This document shows, piece after piece, positions 1 to 8,858 of a stretch of DNA of 64,000 nt. The translations under genes were made by a program, and so were the position numbers. This DNA is from Anaerolineae bacterium (GTDB lineage: Bacteria > Chloroflexota > Anaerolineae > Aggregatilineales > JAFGMM01). The notes beneath the pieces are model-generated. The model was given only the letters and a program-made list of their open reading frames with translations, searched no databases and had not been told where the DNA came from. The DNA lies in assembly GCA_016927535.1 (NCBI GenBank), contig JAFGMM010000257.1, forward strand, positions 1,761-65,760. Reading direction: 5' to 3'. How positions within the stretch are numbered: position 1 is the stretch's first letter; each line of letters opens with the position of its first letter.

Positions 1-106
1 AGACCTTGAAGCCGCGCGATTTGAGCACCCGCCCAATCGCCGCCGCCGTGACGCCTTTGCCGACCGAACTCACCACCCCGCCGGTGCAGAAAATATATTT
101 AGGCAT
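1..106 (-). CDS. pyrG: CTP synthase, N-terminal fragment (gene runs off the window start)
   Basis: Reverse-strand translation from the ATG at 106-104 reads [35 protein letters not shown]. This is the conserved CTP synthase N-terminus (GGVVSSxGKG). A GGGAGG Shine-Dalgarno lies about 7 nt upstream. The ORF is absent from the ORF track because it is truncated. Confidence 0.8.
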   Translation of the reverse strand, partial: MPKYIFCTGGVVSSVGKGVTAAAIGRVLKSRGFKV

Positions 107-182
107 ATGCACCTCCCTGACCAGACACAAATTACTAACCGACAGAAGACCAATATACTAAAAATTTTCTTTTCAAATGCAG

Positions 183-221
183 CGGCGGGGAGGCAGGCCC
201 TTTCGGGCATCTTCCCCGCCG
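183..221 (-). terminator. Candidate stem-loop downstream of the Roadblock gene
   Basis: CGGCGGGGA (183-191) pairs perfectly with TCCCCGCCG (213-221). An inner GCCC/GGGC pair is also present. On the minus strand the hairpin is followed by an A/T-rich run, but not by an immediate U-tract. Confidence 0.25.
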
Positions 222-265
222 AATGCATGATTGATCTAATTCAGCTTCAATACTGCCGGACGCTG

Positions 266-637
266 CTAGACAAGTTTTTCGAGGTCATCCGCAGCGCGCC
301 GCATGTCCAAGAAAATCAAGCCGAGCTTAGCGTTCTCGCGGACCAGTGATGTCAAGACAGCTTCTTCGCCGACGGACATCAAAATGACGTAACCGTTGTC
401 GCCACGAATATAAACCTGGTCCAGCAAACCGCGCCCAAGCTCGCTTGCGATTCGCTCACCCAGCGAAAGCATGGCCGCCGACATCGCTGACACGCGGTCC
501 TCCTCGATGCCTGCCGGCAAGGACGAAGCCATGATAAGACCGTCAACGCTGACGACCGCCGACGCCTCAATATCGGGCGTGCCGGCCTGCAAGTCGCGCA
601 AGCGATCTACCATAAGCTCGGTTCGCGATTTTGCCAT
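266..637 (-). CDS. Roadblock/LC7 (MglB-like) domain protein
   Basis: The 123-aa ORF has the typical Roadblock/LC7 layout: L..L....p.i.aavvvs.DGL.ia.s......d..sAm.aa.lslg. Its size and pattern match the family. Confidence 0.7.
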   Translation of the reverse strand: MAKSRTELMVDRLRDLQAGTPDIEASAVVSVDGLIMASSLPAGIEEDRVSAMSAAMLSLGERIASELGRGLLDQVYIRGDNGYVILMSVGEEAVLTSLVRENAKLGLIFLDMRRAADDLEKLV

Positions 638-776
638 AGGTGCTGCTCCTTTCTACCGTCGCTGTACCGGCGTGGCGTGACTAACCGGTGACCTAGAATC
701 CCAAATCCAAGATTGCCAAAAAGGACCACTGCATAATAGCATGGGGCAGTGCCAAAGTCAAACATTGGTAGTTACC

Positions 777-806
777 TTGTCTCAATTTTAACCCTTAGGC
801 TATAAT
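777..806 (+). promoter_or_regulatory. Candidate sigma70-type promoter for the MoxR-DUF58 pair
   Basis: TTGTCT (777-782), an 18-nt spacer, then TATAAT (801-806). An AAGGAG RBS sits at 824-829, ahead of the ATG at 841. Confidence 0.3.
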
Positions 807-840
807 TCGCCAATCGGTTGCTTAAGGAGTAGTTTGCTTT

Positions 841-1794
841 ATGCCTTTGGTCCGCGAGATTGTCCAACGTATCACGGCGAACGTCAGTACTGTTATCATC
901 GGTAAACAACGTGAGATTCAACTGACCATCATCGGCCTGCTGTGCCGGGGCCACATTCTCATTGAAGATGTGCCCGGCGTGGGCAAGACCATGATGGCGA
1001 AAGCCCTGGCCCGCTCGATGGGCTGCACCTTCAGCCGCATCCAGTTTACGCCCGATATGCTCCCCTCGGATGTGACCGGCGCGACGATCTATAACCAGAA
1101 CACCGGTAAATTCGAGTTCCGGCGCGGCCCGGTCTTTGCGCAGATCGTGCTCACCGACGAGATTAACCGCGCTACGCCCAAGACCCAATCGGCGCTGCTG
1201 GAGGCGATGGAGGAGCGCCAGGTCACGGTAGACGGCGCTACCTATGACATGCCGCAGCCCTTCCTTGTCCTCGCCACGCAGAATCCCATCGAATACGAGG
1301 GCACCTTCCCCCTCCCGGAAGCGCAGCTCGACCGCTTTCTGCTGCGCATCCAGCTTGGCTACCCCGGCCCGGCGGACGAAATCGCCATGCTCGACACCCA
1401 GCAGTACGCGCACCCGCTCGACGTGCTGGCGCAGGTGGTCAGCGCTGGCGAACTGCAAGAGGTGCAGGAGGCCATCAAAGACGTGTTCGTCGCGCCGGAA
1501 CTGAAGACCTACATGGTGGAACTGGTCAACGCCACCCGCCGCCACCCGGAGGTCTACCTCGGCGCGTCGCCGCGCGGTACGCTGGCGCTGCGCCGCTGCG
1601 CCCAGGCGAGCGCCGCCGCGCAGGGCCGCGACTACGTGATGCCCGACGACGTAAAAGCGCTGGCGACCGCCGTGCTCGCGCACCGCATCATCGTCAGCCC
1701 GGATGCGCGCATCCGCGACATCACCGCGCGCTCTATCGTGCGCAGCATCCTGAGCGCCCTGCCGGTGCCCGGCGCGGCGGTCGGCGCACGCTGA
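841..1794 (+). CDS. MoxR-family AAA+ ATPase
   Basis: Walker A GVPGVGKT and Walker [10 protein letters not shown] are present. The MoxR/AAA_3 signature [17 protein letters not shown] and the FLVLATQNP segment are also present. Length is 317 aa. Confidence 0.9.
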   Translation: MPLVREIVQRITANVSTVIIGKQREIQLTIIGLLCRGHILIEDVPGVGKTMMAKALARSMGCTFSRIQFTPDMLPSDVTGATIYNQNTGKFEFRRGPVFAQIVLTDEINRATPKTQSALLEAMEERQVTVDGATYDMPQPFLVLATQNPIEYEGTFPLPEAQLDRFLLRIQLGYPGPADEIAMLDTQQYAHPLDVLAQVVSAGELQEVQEAIKDVFVAPELKTYMVELVNATRRHPEVYLGASPRGTLALRRCAQASAAAQGRDYVMPDDVKALATAVLAHRIIVSPDARIRDITARSIVRSILSALPVPGAAVGAR

Positions 1795-1810
1795 GCGCGC
1801 GACACCTACC

Positions 1811-3028
1811 ATGCCGGAACGCCGCCTCACCTTATACCTGATCTTAATCGGCGCGGTGCTCCTGGGGATCATCACCGGCGAGCCGCTGTTCTTCACCCTG
1901 GCATACTTTGCCCTGGGCACGCTGATCCTCGCCGTGCTGTGGGCCTGGACGGGCCTGGCGGGCCTGCGCTTCGAGCGCCGCGCCCTCTCGCAGCGCGGTC
2001 AGGTCGGCCAGAGCTACGAGGAAACCCTCGCCGTCCACAACCGCAGCATCCTGCCCCGGCTGTGGCTGGAGGTGCGCGACGAATCGACCCTGCCCGGCCA
2101 CATTGCGAGCCGGGTCGTCTTCCACATCCCCCGGCGCGGCGCGCAGACCTGGACGGTCCGCACCAACTGCACGCGCCGGGGCCGCTACCGTCTGGGGCCG
2201 GTAACGCTGGTCAGCGGCGACCCCTTCGGTTTCTTTGAGCAGCGGCGCGCCGTCGCCGAGACGGGCGAAGTGCTGGTCTACCCGGCCACCTTTCCCATCC
2301 ACGGCTTCGACCCGGCGGTCGGCATCCTGCCCGGCGGCGAATCGGTGAGCCTGCGCACCCACGCCATCACGCCCAACGCCGCCGGCGTCCGCGACTACGT
2401 GACCGGCGATAGCCTGCGCCAGATTCACTGGCTCTCGTCGGCGCGGCGCGCCCGGCTGACGGTCAAAGAGTTCGAGATGGACCCGCTGGCCGATTTCTGG
2501 ATCGTGCTGGATAACCATGCCGAGGCGCACGTGCCCGGCAGCAGCCATCACCCGCTTGGCTCCACCGAGGAATACGGCGTCTCCATCGCGGCGTCGCTCG
2601 CCGAGCACTTCTTGCAGAAGCAGCGCGCGGTCGGCCTGGTGACCTACGCGCCTAACCGCGCCTGGATCATGGCAGACCGGGGGCCGCGCCAGATTCGTAA
2701 GATACTGGAACTGCTCGCCGTCACCGAGGCGACCGGGCAGATGTCGCTGGGGAACTTGCTGCGCCTGGAGGGCGAGAAGTTCGCGCGGACGACGACGCTG
2801 CTCATCGTGACGCCGTCGCTCGACCCGGCGTGGCTGGCGTCGGTGCGCTGGCTGAAGCTGCGGCGCGTCAAGGTGGCAGTGGTGCACATCGACCCGGAGA
2901 CGTTCGGCGGGGCGTTCGGCGCGTCGAATATTTATCGCGCGGCGGGCATCGAGGGTGTGCCGGTGTACCCGGTGCGGAGAGGGGATAGTTTGAGCGCGGC
3001 GCTGAGCAGGCGGGGGAATGGGTGGTAG
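1811..3028 (+). CDS. DUF58 family protein (vWA-like, usual MoxR partner)
   Basis: Two N-terminal TM helices are followed by the DUF58 core motif GVRDYVTGDSLRQIHWLSSARRARLTVKEFE. The gene lies immediately downstream of MoxR, the canonical arrangement. Confidence 0.85.
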   Translation: MPERRLTLYLILIGAVLLGIITGEPLFFTLAYFALGTLILAVLWAWTGLAGLRFERRALSQRGQVGQSYEETLAVHNRSILPRLWLEVRDESTLPGHIASRVVFHIPRRGAQTWTVRTNCTRRGRYRLGPVTLVSGDPFGFFEQRRAVAETGEVLVYPATFPIHGFDPAVGILPGGESVSLRTHAITPNAAGVRDYVTGDSLRQIHWLSSARRARLTVKEFEMDPLADFWIVLDNHAEAHVPGSSHHPLGSTEEYGVSIAASLAEHFLQKQRAVGLVTYAPNRAWIMADRGPRQIRKILELLAVTEATGQMSLGNLLRLEGEKFARTTTLLIVTPSLDPAWLASVRWLKLRRVKVAVVHIDPETFGGAFGASNIYRAAGIEGVPVYPVRRGDSLSAALSRRGNGW

Positions 3029-3139
3029 GCGCGCCGGGAGGAAGTGTAGTAAAATGCTAACTGGATCACATGCACCAAATACAAGTTACGAGTATACTTT
3101 TTGCAAATACTTAGAGCCACATCCTTGAAAGGTTGAGTA

Positions 3140-5041
3140 GTGATGCCATTAGACCGTGAAACCTTAAATGAGCTTGTAGACATATTAACGCCGCTCATGA
3201 AAGACGAACTATCGCGCCGTGCATTATTGACGCGGGCCTTCATCGGTAACCCCATACTAGATCAAATTAACTATAGCGGTTCATCGCGGACCTTTGCCAC
3301 AGAACTCATTTCACAATTAGTAAATTATGGCGAGATTGCACCCGGCAAATCGGCGCTTTGGGCACTGCTAGAAGTTGTCTATTCTAATGTAGGTTTAGAC
3401 AAACGGGCACGCATTGAGGCATTAGACGATAAAGTCAATGTGCCATCAGAACCGATCGAGCCTATTGCTAAAACAGGTATGGGTGCTCAGGCAATTACCT
3501 GGCTACATCTTTCAGATTTTCACTTTCGCGAGTCAACCGCGTATGATGCTGACGTAGTGTTAAGTGCCTTACTAGATGACATTAATAATCGAATCAGAGA
3601 AGATCAAGTACGACCCGACTTCATATTGTTCAGCGGTGACATTGCCTTTTCAGGCCAACCTACTGAATATCGAATAGCAAGACAGTTTTTCGACAGCTTG
3701 CTACAGACCACTAATTTGAACAAGAGTGCTTTGTTTATCGTCCCAGGCAATCACGACGTGAACCGCAAAGAAATCAACTTTGGAGCACAAGCTATTGCCG
3801 ACACTATCAGCAATCAAGGCGATAAAGAAGCGTTTCGTACCGTGACACGAAGTGCATTAGATGATCCAGCAACTCGATCATTGCTTTTCAAGAGACTTCA
3901 AAATTATGGGGATTTCGTAAATCAATATTTTGAAGGTCACCTCAAACACGACCCAGAAAACTATTTTTATACACGAGTTGTCAGACATGAGCAGACTGGC
4001 CAGCAGATCGCCATTCTTGGCCTGAATTCAGCTTGGCTGTGTGGTAGCGACAAAGACAAGAATCGTATCCTGCTGGGAGAAAGGCAAGTCCGAGAAGCAT
4101 TGGTACAAGCCAAAGGTGCAGACATAAAAATTGCCCTGCTTCATCATCCATTTAGCTGGCTTCATGAGCTGGATACCTGGGATGTAGAACCTATGCTCAC
4201 AGATCAGTGTAATTTCATTTTGTGTGGACACACCCATTGGACAAGCCTTACACAATTGACAGATCCGGTAAATTCTGCGATGCGTCTTGTCGCTGGAGCC
4301 GGGTATGAAAGACGCAGTAAAGGTAATAGATATAACTATGTCAAGTTGAATCTTGAAAAGAAAGAAGGAACAGTTTTTTTAAGAATGTATAGTGATGCAA
4401 GAGGAGGTTTCTGGACTGAAGATGTGGTCACATATCCCAATACTCCAGGAGGAAAGTATACCTTTAAGCTCACCCTTACCAAGCGGCCTTCTGCTCAGAG
4501 CGCGATTCCCATTCCTGCTCCTCAAGGTATAGTTGTTATTCCCGCGCCCGCATCGGCTGGAGCCAGTGCCCATATAGGCGGCGTTTCAATAAGTGGAGAG
4601 CCACGATCATCTCAAACTTCCACTTCTCAAGTCACTCTGACTACTTTTTTTGAATCTCTTATTAGACAAATAGATTACTGTGAAAAACTATTTACCAAAC
4701 ATGCTCAAACAGAAACAAGTGAGTTAATTTATGGATTAAGGGAAATTGATTATGAGTCGCGTGAATGGTTGTCACTTTTAAGTCAACTTGACGACAAGGA
4801 AGATACTCTCTTGCCAACAACTGATTTCAAGTCTATCACAAATATTATCATAAATTTTCAAGTTAAGATTACCGCTATCCAATCTTATCTGGAGAGAGAA
4901 GAAGATAAAGCAAAAGCCAGAATAAGTGATCAATGGTGTAAAATGGTGATAGAGATTCTTGATTTTACTCGTGACCAAAAGAAGCTGGTTCGCCAGCTGC
5001 AAAAGCATCTGACCCAGAGTAACACGCCTGCGGTCAGCTAA
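3140..5041 (+). CDS. Adaptor-domain (effector-associated-domain-like) protein fused to a calcineurin-like metallophosphoesterase, with a C-terminal domain of unknown function
   Basis: Metallophosphoesterase motifs appear in order: LHLSDFHF (DxH), FSGDIAF (GD), VPGNHD (GNHD), LLHHP and CGHTHW (GHxH). The N-terminal ~91 aa are paralogous to those of the next gene. The gene has low GC. The true start may be the ATG at 3143. Confidence 0.8.
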   Translation: MMPLDRETLNELVDILTPLMKDELSRRALLTRAFIGNPILDQINYSGSSRTFATELISQLVNYGEIAPGKSALWALLEVVYSNVGLDKRARIEALDDKVNVPSEPIEPIAKTGMGAQAITWLHLSDFHFRESTAYDADVVLSALLDDINNRIREDQVRPDFILFSGDIAFSGQPTEYRIARQFFDSLLQTTNLNKSALFIVPGNHDVNRKEINFGAQAIADTISNQGDKEAFRTVTRSALDDPATRSLLFKRLQNYGDFVNQYFEGHLKHDPENYFYTRVVRHEQTGQQIAILGLNSAWLCGSDKDKNRILLGERQVREALVQAKGADIKIALLHHPFSWLHELDTWDVEPMLTDQCNFILCGHTHWTSLTQLTDPVNSAMRLVAGAGYERRSKGNRYNYVKLNLEKKEGTVFLRMYSDARGGFWTEDVVTYPNTPGGKYTFKLTLTKRPSAQSAIPIPAPQGIVVIPAPASAGASAHIGGVSISGEPRSSQTSTSQVTLTTFFESLIRQIDYCEKLFTKHAQTETSELIYGLREIDYESREWLSLLSQLDDKEDTLLPTTDFKSITNIIINFQVKITAIQSYLEREEDKAKARISDQWCKMVIEILDFTRDQKKLVRQLQKHLTQSNTPAVS

Positions 5042-5078
5042 GCTTACTTGGTTCATCTCTCTTACTTAGGAAGGTTGA

Positions 5079-6020
5079 ATGATGCAACTAAGTACTAATA
5101 CCCTCGGCGAAATTGTCGAATTACTTAAGCCCATTACACAATCGGAGCAAGACCGCCAAGGGTTGCTCCTGCAAGCGCTCGAAGGTGAACCCATTCTAGA
5201 TCAAATCATCTACAGCGGCTCAAATGCGACCTTCATCCTCAACATGGCAGGTCGAGTTGCGGCTTATGGCACGACACGCTCAGGCGAGCAGGCAATTGTG
5301 GCCGTCTTGAAAGCAGCGCGCACGCGCATAGGTGAAGATCAAAAAGATCGAATGGACCTGGTTATTAAAAACCTCGATCCTACCTGGAATCCATCTCAAT
5401 CAGGACCAGGACAAAATGCGACTGCTCAAGACGACAAATTGATAATCCTCGTCCTTGCATCGAACCCCAGAGACACGACAGCGCTCCGCCTTACCGAGGA
5501 AGTCGATGCGATTAGGGCGCAGTTGTTTGACACCGACTTCGGCGACCAGTTCAAGCTCGAGCATGAGCGCGCAGTCGGACCTTCTGAACTACGACGGGCC
5601 TTGCTGAAACGCAAGCCGCGCATTGTGCATTTTTCAGGTCACGGCGAGGCGGGCGCAATCGCCCTCGAAAATAAGCAGGGGAAGTCTCACCTTGTTCCCG
5701 GCGAAACGCTCGCGCGGCTGTTCCGTGTGCTCAGAGACAGCGTTCGCTGTGTGGTATTGAATGCTTGCTGGTCGGCAGAACAGGCGGATGCAATCGCTAA
5801 AGAAATCGACTGCGTGGTTGGCATGACAAAACCCATCGGCGATAGGGCCGCCATCGACTTCTCCAGCGGTTTTTATCAAGCGCTGGGGTTTGGTCGCAGT
5901 GTGCGGGATGCTTTCGATTGGGGTTGCTCGGCAATTGACCTGGACAATATCCCGGAGGAGGACACGCCGAAGCTCATCACCAAGCCCGGCGTCAACGCGG
6001 CGGACATCAAATTCGTATAA
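5079..6020 (+). CDS. Adaptor-domain (effector-associated-domain-like) protein fused to a CHAT/caspase-like peptidase domain
   Basis: The N-terminal ~91 aa are paralogous to the 3140 gene. The C-terminal part carries a caspase-fold dyad context: IVHFSGHG (His) and VVLNACWS (Cys). This is typical of short CHAT domains. Confidence 0.7.
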   Translation: MMQLSTNTLGEIVELLKPITQSEQDRQGLLLQALEGEPILDQIIYSGSNATFILNMAGRVAAYGTTRSGEQAIVAVLKAARTRIGEDQKDRMDLVIKNLDPTWNPSQSGPGQNATAQDDKLIILVLASNPRDTTALRLTEEVDAIRAQLFDTDFGDQFKLEHERAVGPSELRRALLKRKPRIVHFSGHGEAGAIALENKQGKSHLVPGETLARLFRVLRDSVRCVVLNACWSAEQADAIAKEIDCVVGMTKPIGDRAAIDFSSGFYQALGFGRSVRDAFDWGCSAIDLDNIPEEDTPKLITKPGVNAADIKFV

Positions 6021-6043
6021 TTCCCGACGCCCCACCGCGCCCA

Positions 6044-7336
6044 TCACCGCACCTCCGACGACCCCTCCGGCATGGAGCGCGGCACTTCGCCGTCAACCGC
6101 CGGCCCCAGCCGGTACTCGCCGGGATGCACCTTCTCGTCCTCCGGGCAAGGTTCCTCTGCGCTCGCCTGAGTCATCTGCGCAGCGATGGCTTGCAGCTGC
6201 TCCGGCGTCATATTCTCGAAGAACGCCGCCGACGCCGGCCCCATCATCTTACGGATGGCTTCCAGTTCGGCCTCCGGGATGCCGCTGACCGGCGAGGCGT
6301 TCTGCGAGGACAACCCTTTGAACAACCCCCGCCCCGCGAGGCTCGCCAGGTTGGGCAGGCGCATCGCCCGCACGTCGGCGCCGTCCGGCACGTCTTGCCG
6401 GGTGCGCACCAGCGACATGCTGCCGACCATCAGCACCGCGCCGACCCACTGCGCCGGCTCCAGGCGCTCGCCGAGCAGCACCAGCGCCGCCGTCAGCGAT
6501 ACCGCGATCTCCGCAACGCCCAGCAGCACGGTTTGCAGCGGGCCGAGGTTCTTCACGCCGGTGAACATCAGCAGCCGCGACATCGCCGTGGTGAACGCCA
6601 GGCCGGTGATCGGGATCATGCTCGCGGTGGTGGGCAGCACGAGCGGCATCCCGAAGACAATCACACCGAGGCGCGCGACGGTGACGACCGTCGCCATCGT
6701 CGTGATCACGTACAGCGTGAAGGTTTGCGGCGGCATCTCGTAAAGCACGCGCTGGCCCATCACCACGTGCCCGGCGAACATAATCGCGTTGCCGACCATG
6801 AAGCCCACGCCCAACCAGTCGATGGTCGCCGCCTCCGGCGCGGTGAGCAGCGCCACCGCCGCACACGCCAGGATCACGCGCAGCTTGGTGCGCCGGCTCA
6901 TCTTGGTGCCGCCGATGCGCGCAAGAACAACCACAAAAACCAGATAAGTCCCGTTGAGCAACTGCGCGACCGAAGCGTCGAGGCGCGCCAGGCCGGCATA
7001 ATAAAAGATCGAGCCGATGCCGTTGACCAAACCGACCAATACACAGCCCAACAAGCCCGCCGCGAAAATATAGATATATTTGCGCCAGAAGAGCAGGTAA
7101 GTAATCCATAAAATCAGCGCAGCGATGAGAGTGCGAACCGCCGCTACCATGAGCGGGTCGGCGCCGGAGTTGGTCGCCAGCTTGCCGAAGATGGGCGACG
7201 CGCCCAAGAAGAGGGGAGAGAGCAGGGCTGCCAGCCACGCACGTTTTTGTTTGTCGTATCTGTGCTTAAAGACCCAATTGACCAGCGGTGCGAATATCCC
7301 TCCTACCCGGCGCGGCCTGTTTACTGTTTTATCCAT
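6044..7336 (-). CDS. EamA/DMT-family transporter with a ~110-aa cytoplasmic C-terminal extension
   Basis: The product has about 10 hydrophobic helices and a duplicated EamA-like pattern. The start was moved to MDKTVN (ATG at 7336-7334). That start overlaps the upstream stop by 16 nt. Confidence 0.75.
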   Translation of the reverse strand: MDKTVNRPRRVGGIFAPLVNWVFKHRYDKQKRAWLAALLSPLFLGASPIFGKLATNSGADPLMVAAVRTLIAALILWITYLLFWRKYIYIFAAGLLGCVLVGLVNGIGSIFYYAGLARLDASVAQLLNGTYLVFVVVLARIGGTKMSRRTKLRVILACAAVALLTAPEAATIDWLGVGFMVGNAIMFAGHVVMGQRVLYEMPPQTFTLYVITTMATVVTVARLGVIVFGMPLVLPTTASMIPITGLAFTTAMSRLLMFTGVKNLGPLQTVLLGVAEIAVSLTAALVLLGERLEPAQWVGAVLMVGSMSLVRTRQDVPDGADVRAMRLPNLASLAGRGLFKGLSSQNASPVSGIPEAELEAIRKMMGPASAAFFENMTPEQLQAIAAQMTQASAEEPCPEDEKVHPGEYRLGPAVDGEVPRSMPEGSSEVR

Positions 7337-8610
7337 GCATTCTTGGCCTTCACTAACGGCGCACTGGTTGTCGTACACACTTTAGGGAGGCGCAGGAAAA
7401 ACGTACTGCCGGGTAAGGTTTCTTCGTCACGGCCGGCGCTCTCTACCCAGATTTTGCCGCCGTGCTGCTCAACCACCGACCGCGCAATCGACAGCCCTAC
7501 GCCCAGCCCGCCGCCCCGGAAAGCGGTCTTGCTGGTCGAGTGAAGCTGCGTATCGCCGGCGGTGTAGAAGCGCTCAAAAATGCGCGTCTGTTCTTCCGGG
7601 TCGATGCCGATGCCGGTGTCGTGGACGGCAAGCTGAATCTGGTCGTCCATGTCCTGCACCATAAAGGTCACGGTCCCACCATTCGGCGTGTATTTAATCG
7701 CATTGCTCAAGATACCGGAGACCGCCATCGCCAGCAGTGCGCCGTCCACTCGCAGCGTGATGCGCTGTTCCAGGCATGGGCGCACCACCGTGATCGTCCG
7801 GTCCCGGCACGCCTGCGCATACTGCGATATCGCCTTCTCAAGAATCTCGTCCAGGCCAATCGGACCGACGCTCAACTCGACCCGATCCGCCATGAACCGC
7901 GAGACCATCACCAACTCCGAGATCACCGCCCCCATCCGCTCGATGCTCTGGGTCAACCCCTGCATGATGCTCGCCACATCGGGGTAAGTCTCGGCGATGC
8001 GGTCTACCGCGCCCGAATCGCGCAGCAGTTGTTCGTAGCCCTGGATGACGGTCAGCGGCGTGCGCAGTTCGTGCGCGGTCAACTGGATGAATTTCTCTTT
8101 CGCCCGGTCGAGCCGGCGCAGATCTGAGTTCACCTGCTCCAGTTCGCGGATTTTGCTCTCCAGCCGCGCGACCAATTCTTGGTGGTAGACGGCGCCGAAC
8201 TCCTGCGCCACCTCCGGCGTGAGCGTCTCAAACTGGCCGCTCAAGAACCCCGCCACCTGCGCCGGTAGTTTGTCGATGTCAATCGGTTTCGTCAGATAGC
8301 CGTTTGCGCCGGCCACCAGCGCTTTTTCGCGCTCGCCGGTGTGGCTTTGCGCCGTCAGCGCCACGATAGGCACCTCGTCGAAGCCCGGCAGCGCGCGCAG
8401 CCGCGTCGTGACCTCGCGCCCGCTCAGGTCGGGCAGGTTAATATCCATCAGAATCAAATCGGGCCGCTCCCCGCGCGCCAAGTCAATGCCTTCGATGCCG
8501 CGTGAAGCGACCAAGACTCGATAATCGGCAAACTGTAAGGTCCGCTGTACGAGCCGTTGGCTGCTCGGATCATCCTCGATATACAAAATCGTCGCCTTTA
8601 TGTCCTTCAT
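7321..8610 (-). CDS. Response-regulator receiver / histidine kinase hybrid (REC-HisKA-HATPase)
   Basis: The N-terminal REC has IEDD, LILMDINLP, ALTA and TKP. The H-box is LTAHELRTPL. The N box is LSNAIKYT, and G boxes are HDTGIGI and GGGLGVGLSI. Confidence 0.9.
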   Translation of the reverse strand: MKDIKATILYIEDDPSSQRLVQRTLQFADYRVLVASRGIEGIDLARGERPDLILMDINLPDLSGREVTTRLRALPGFDEVPIVALTAQSHTGEREKALVAGANGYLTKPIDIDKLPAQVAGFLSGQFETLTPEVAQEFGAVYHQELVARLESKIRELEQVNSDLRRLDRAKEKFIQLTAHELRTPLTVIQGYEQLLRDSGAVDRIAETYPDVASIMQGLTQSIERMGAVISELVMVSRFMADRVELSVGPIGLDEILEKAISQYAQACRDRTITVVRPCLEQRITLRVDGALLAMAVSGILSNAIKYTPNGGTVTFMVQDMDDQIQLAVHDTGIGIDPEEQTRIFERFYTAGDTQLHSTSKTAFRGGGLGVGLSIARSVVEQHGGKIWVESAGRDEETLPGSTFFLRLPKVCTTTSAPLVKAKNAWIKQ

Positions 8611-8837
8611 TATACTATTAACCAGTATCCATCATTTTCCAATATCTGGCAAAAAAATCAATACATCTGTGGCCTCACGCTTACAGCCGTCCCATCGCGC
8701 CGGGAACAGCCGCCGTGCCCACTTCCAGGGGGTTCTTCAGGAATTCGCGGGGTAGACAGACGACCTGCGCGGAGTTCGCATTTTATGCGCGATTCCCTGG
8801 GTGGGTTTCACGCTGCGCAGCCGCCGCGATTCGTAGG

Positions 8838-8858
8838 GGCAGGTCTCAGACCTGCCCA
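8838..8858. repeat. Perfect 9-bp hairpin of the GGGCRGGT..ACCYGCCCCTAC type
   Basis: GGGCAGGTC (8838-8846) pairs with GACCTGCCC (8850-8858) around a 3-nt loop. A related element lies at 52205-52234 in the same orientation. Confidence 0.6.

Noticed and set aside
772-2887. Minus-strand ORFs 772-1920 (382 aa) and 1844-2887 (347 aa), opposite MoxR and DUF58
   Set aside because: The plus-strand genes carry Walker A/B and DUF58 motifs. The antisense products are low-complexity Arg/Gly/Ala-rich strings.
3029-6043. Classical mobile-element hallmarks around the low-GC island (integrase, transposase, tRNA target, flanking direct repeats)
   Set aside because: I looked for them on both sides and found none by eye. 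The island is therefore reported only as a compositional and functional anomaly, not as a defined mobile element.
6125-7238. Alternative-frame ORFs (328, 185 and 329 aa) overlapping the EamA transporter gene
   Set aside because: Only the 6044-7336 minus frame gives a coherent ten-helix membrane protein. The other frames are Arg/His-rich shadows.
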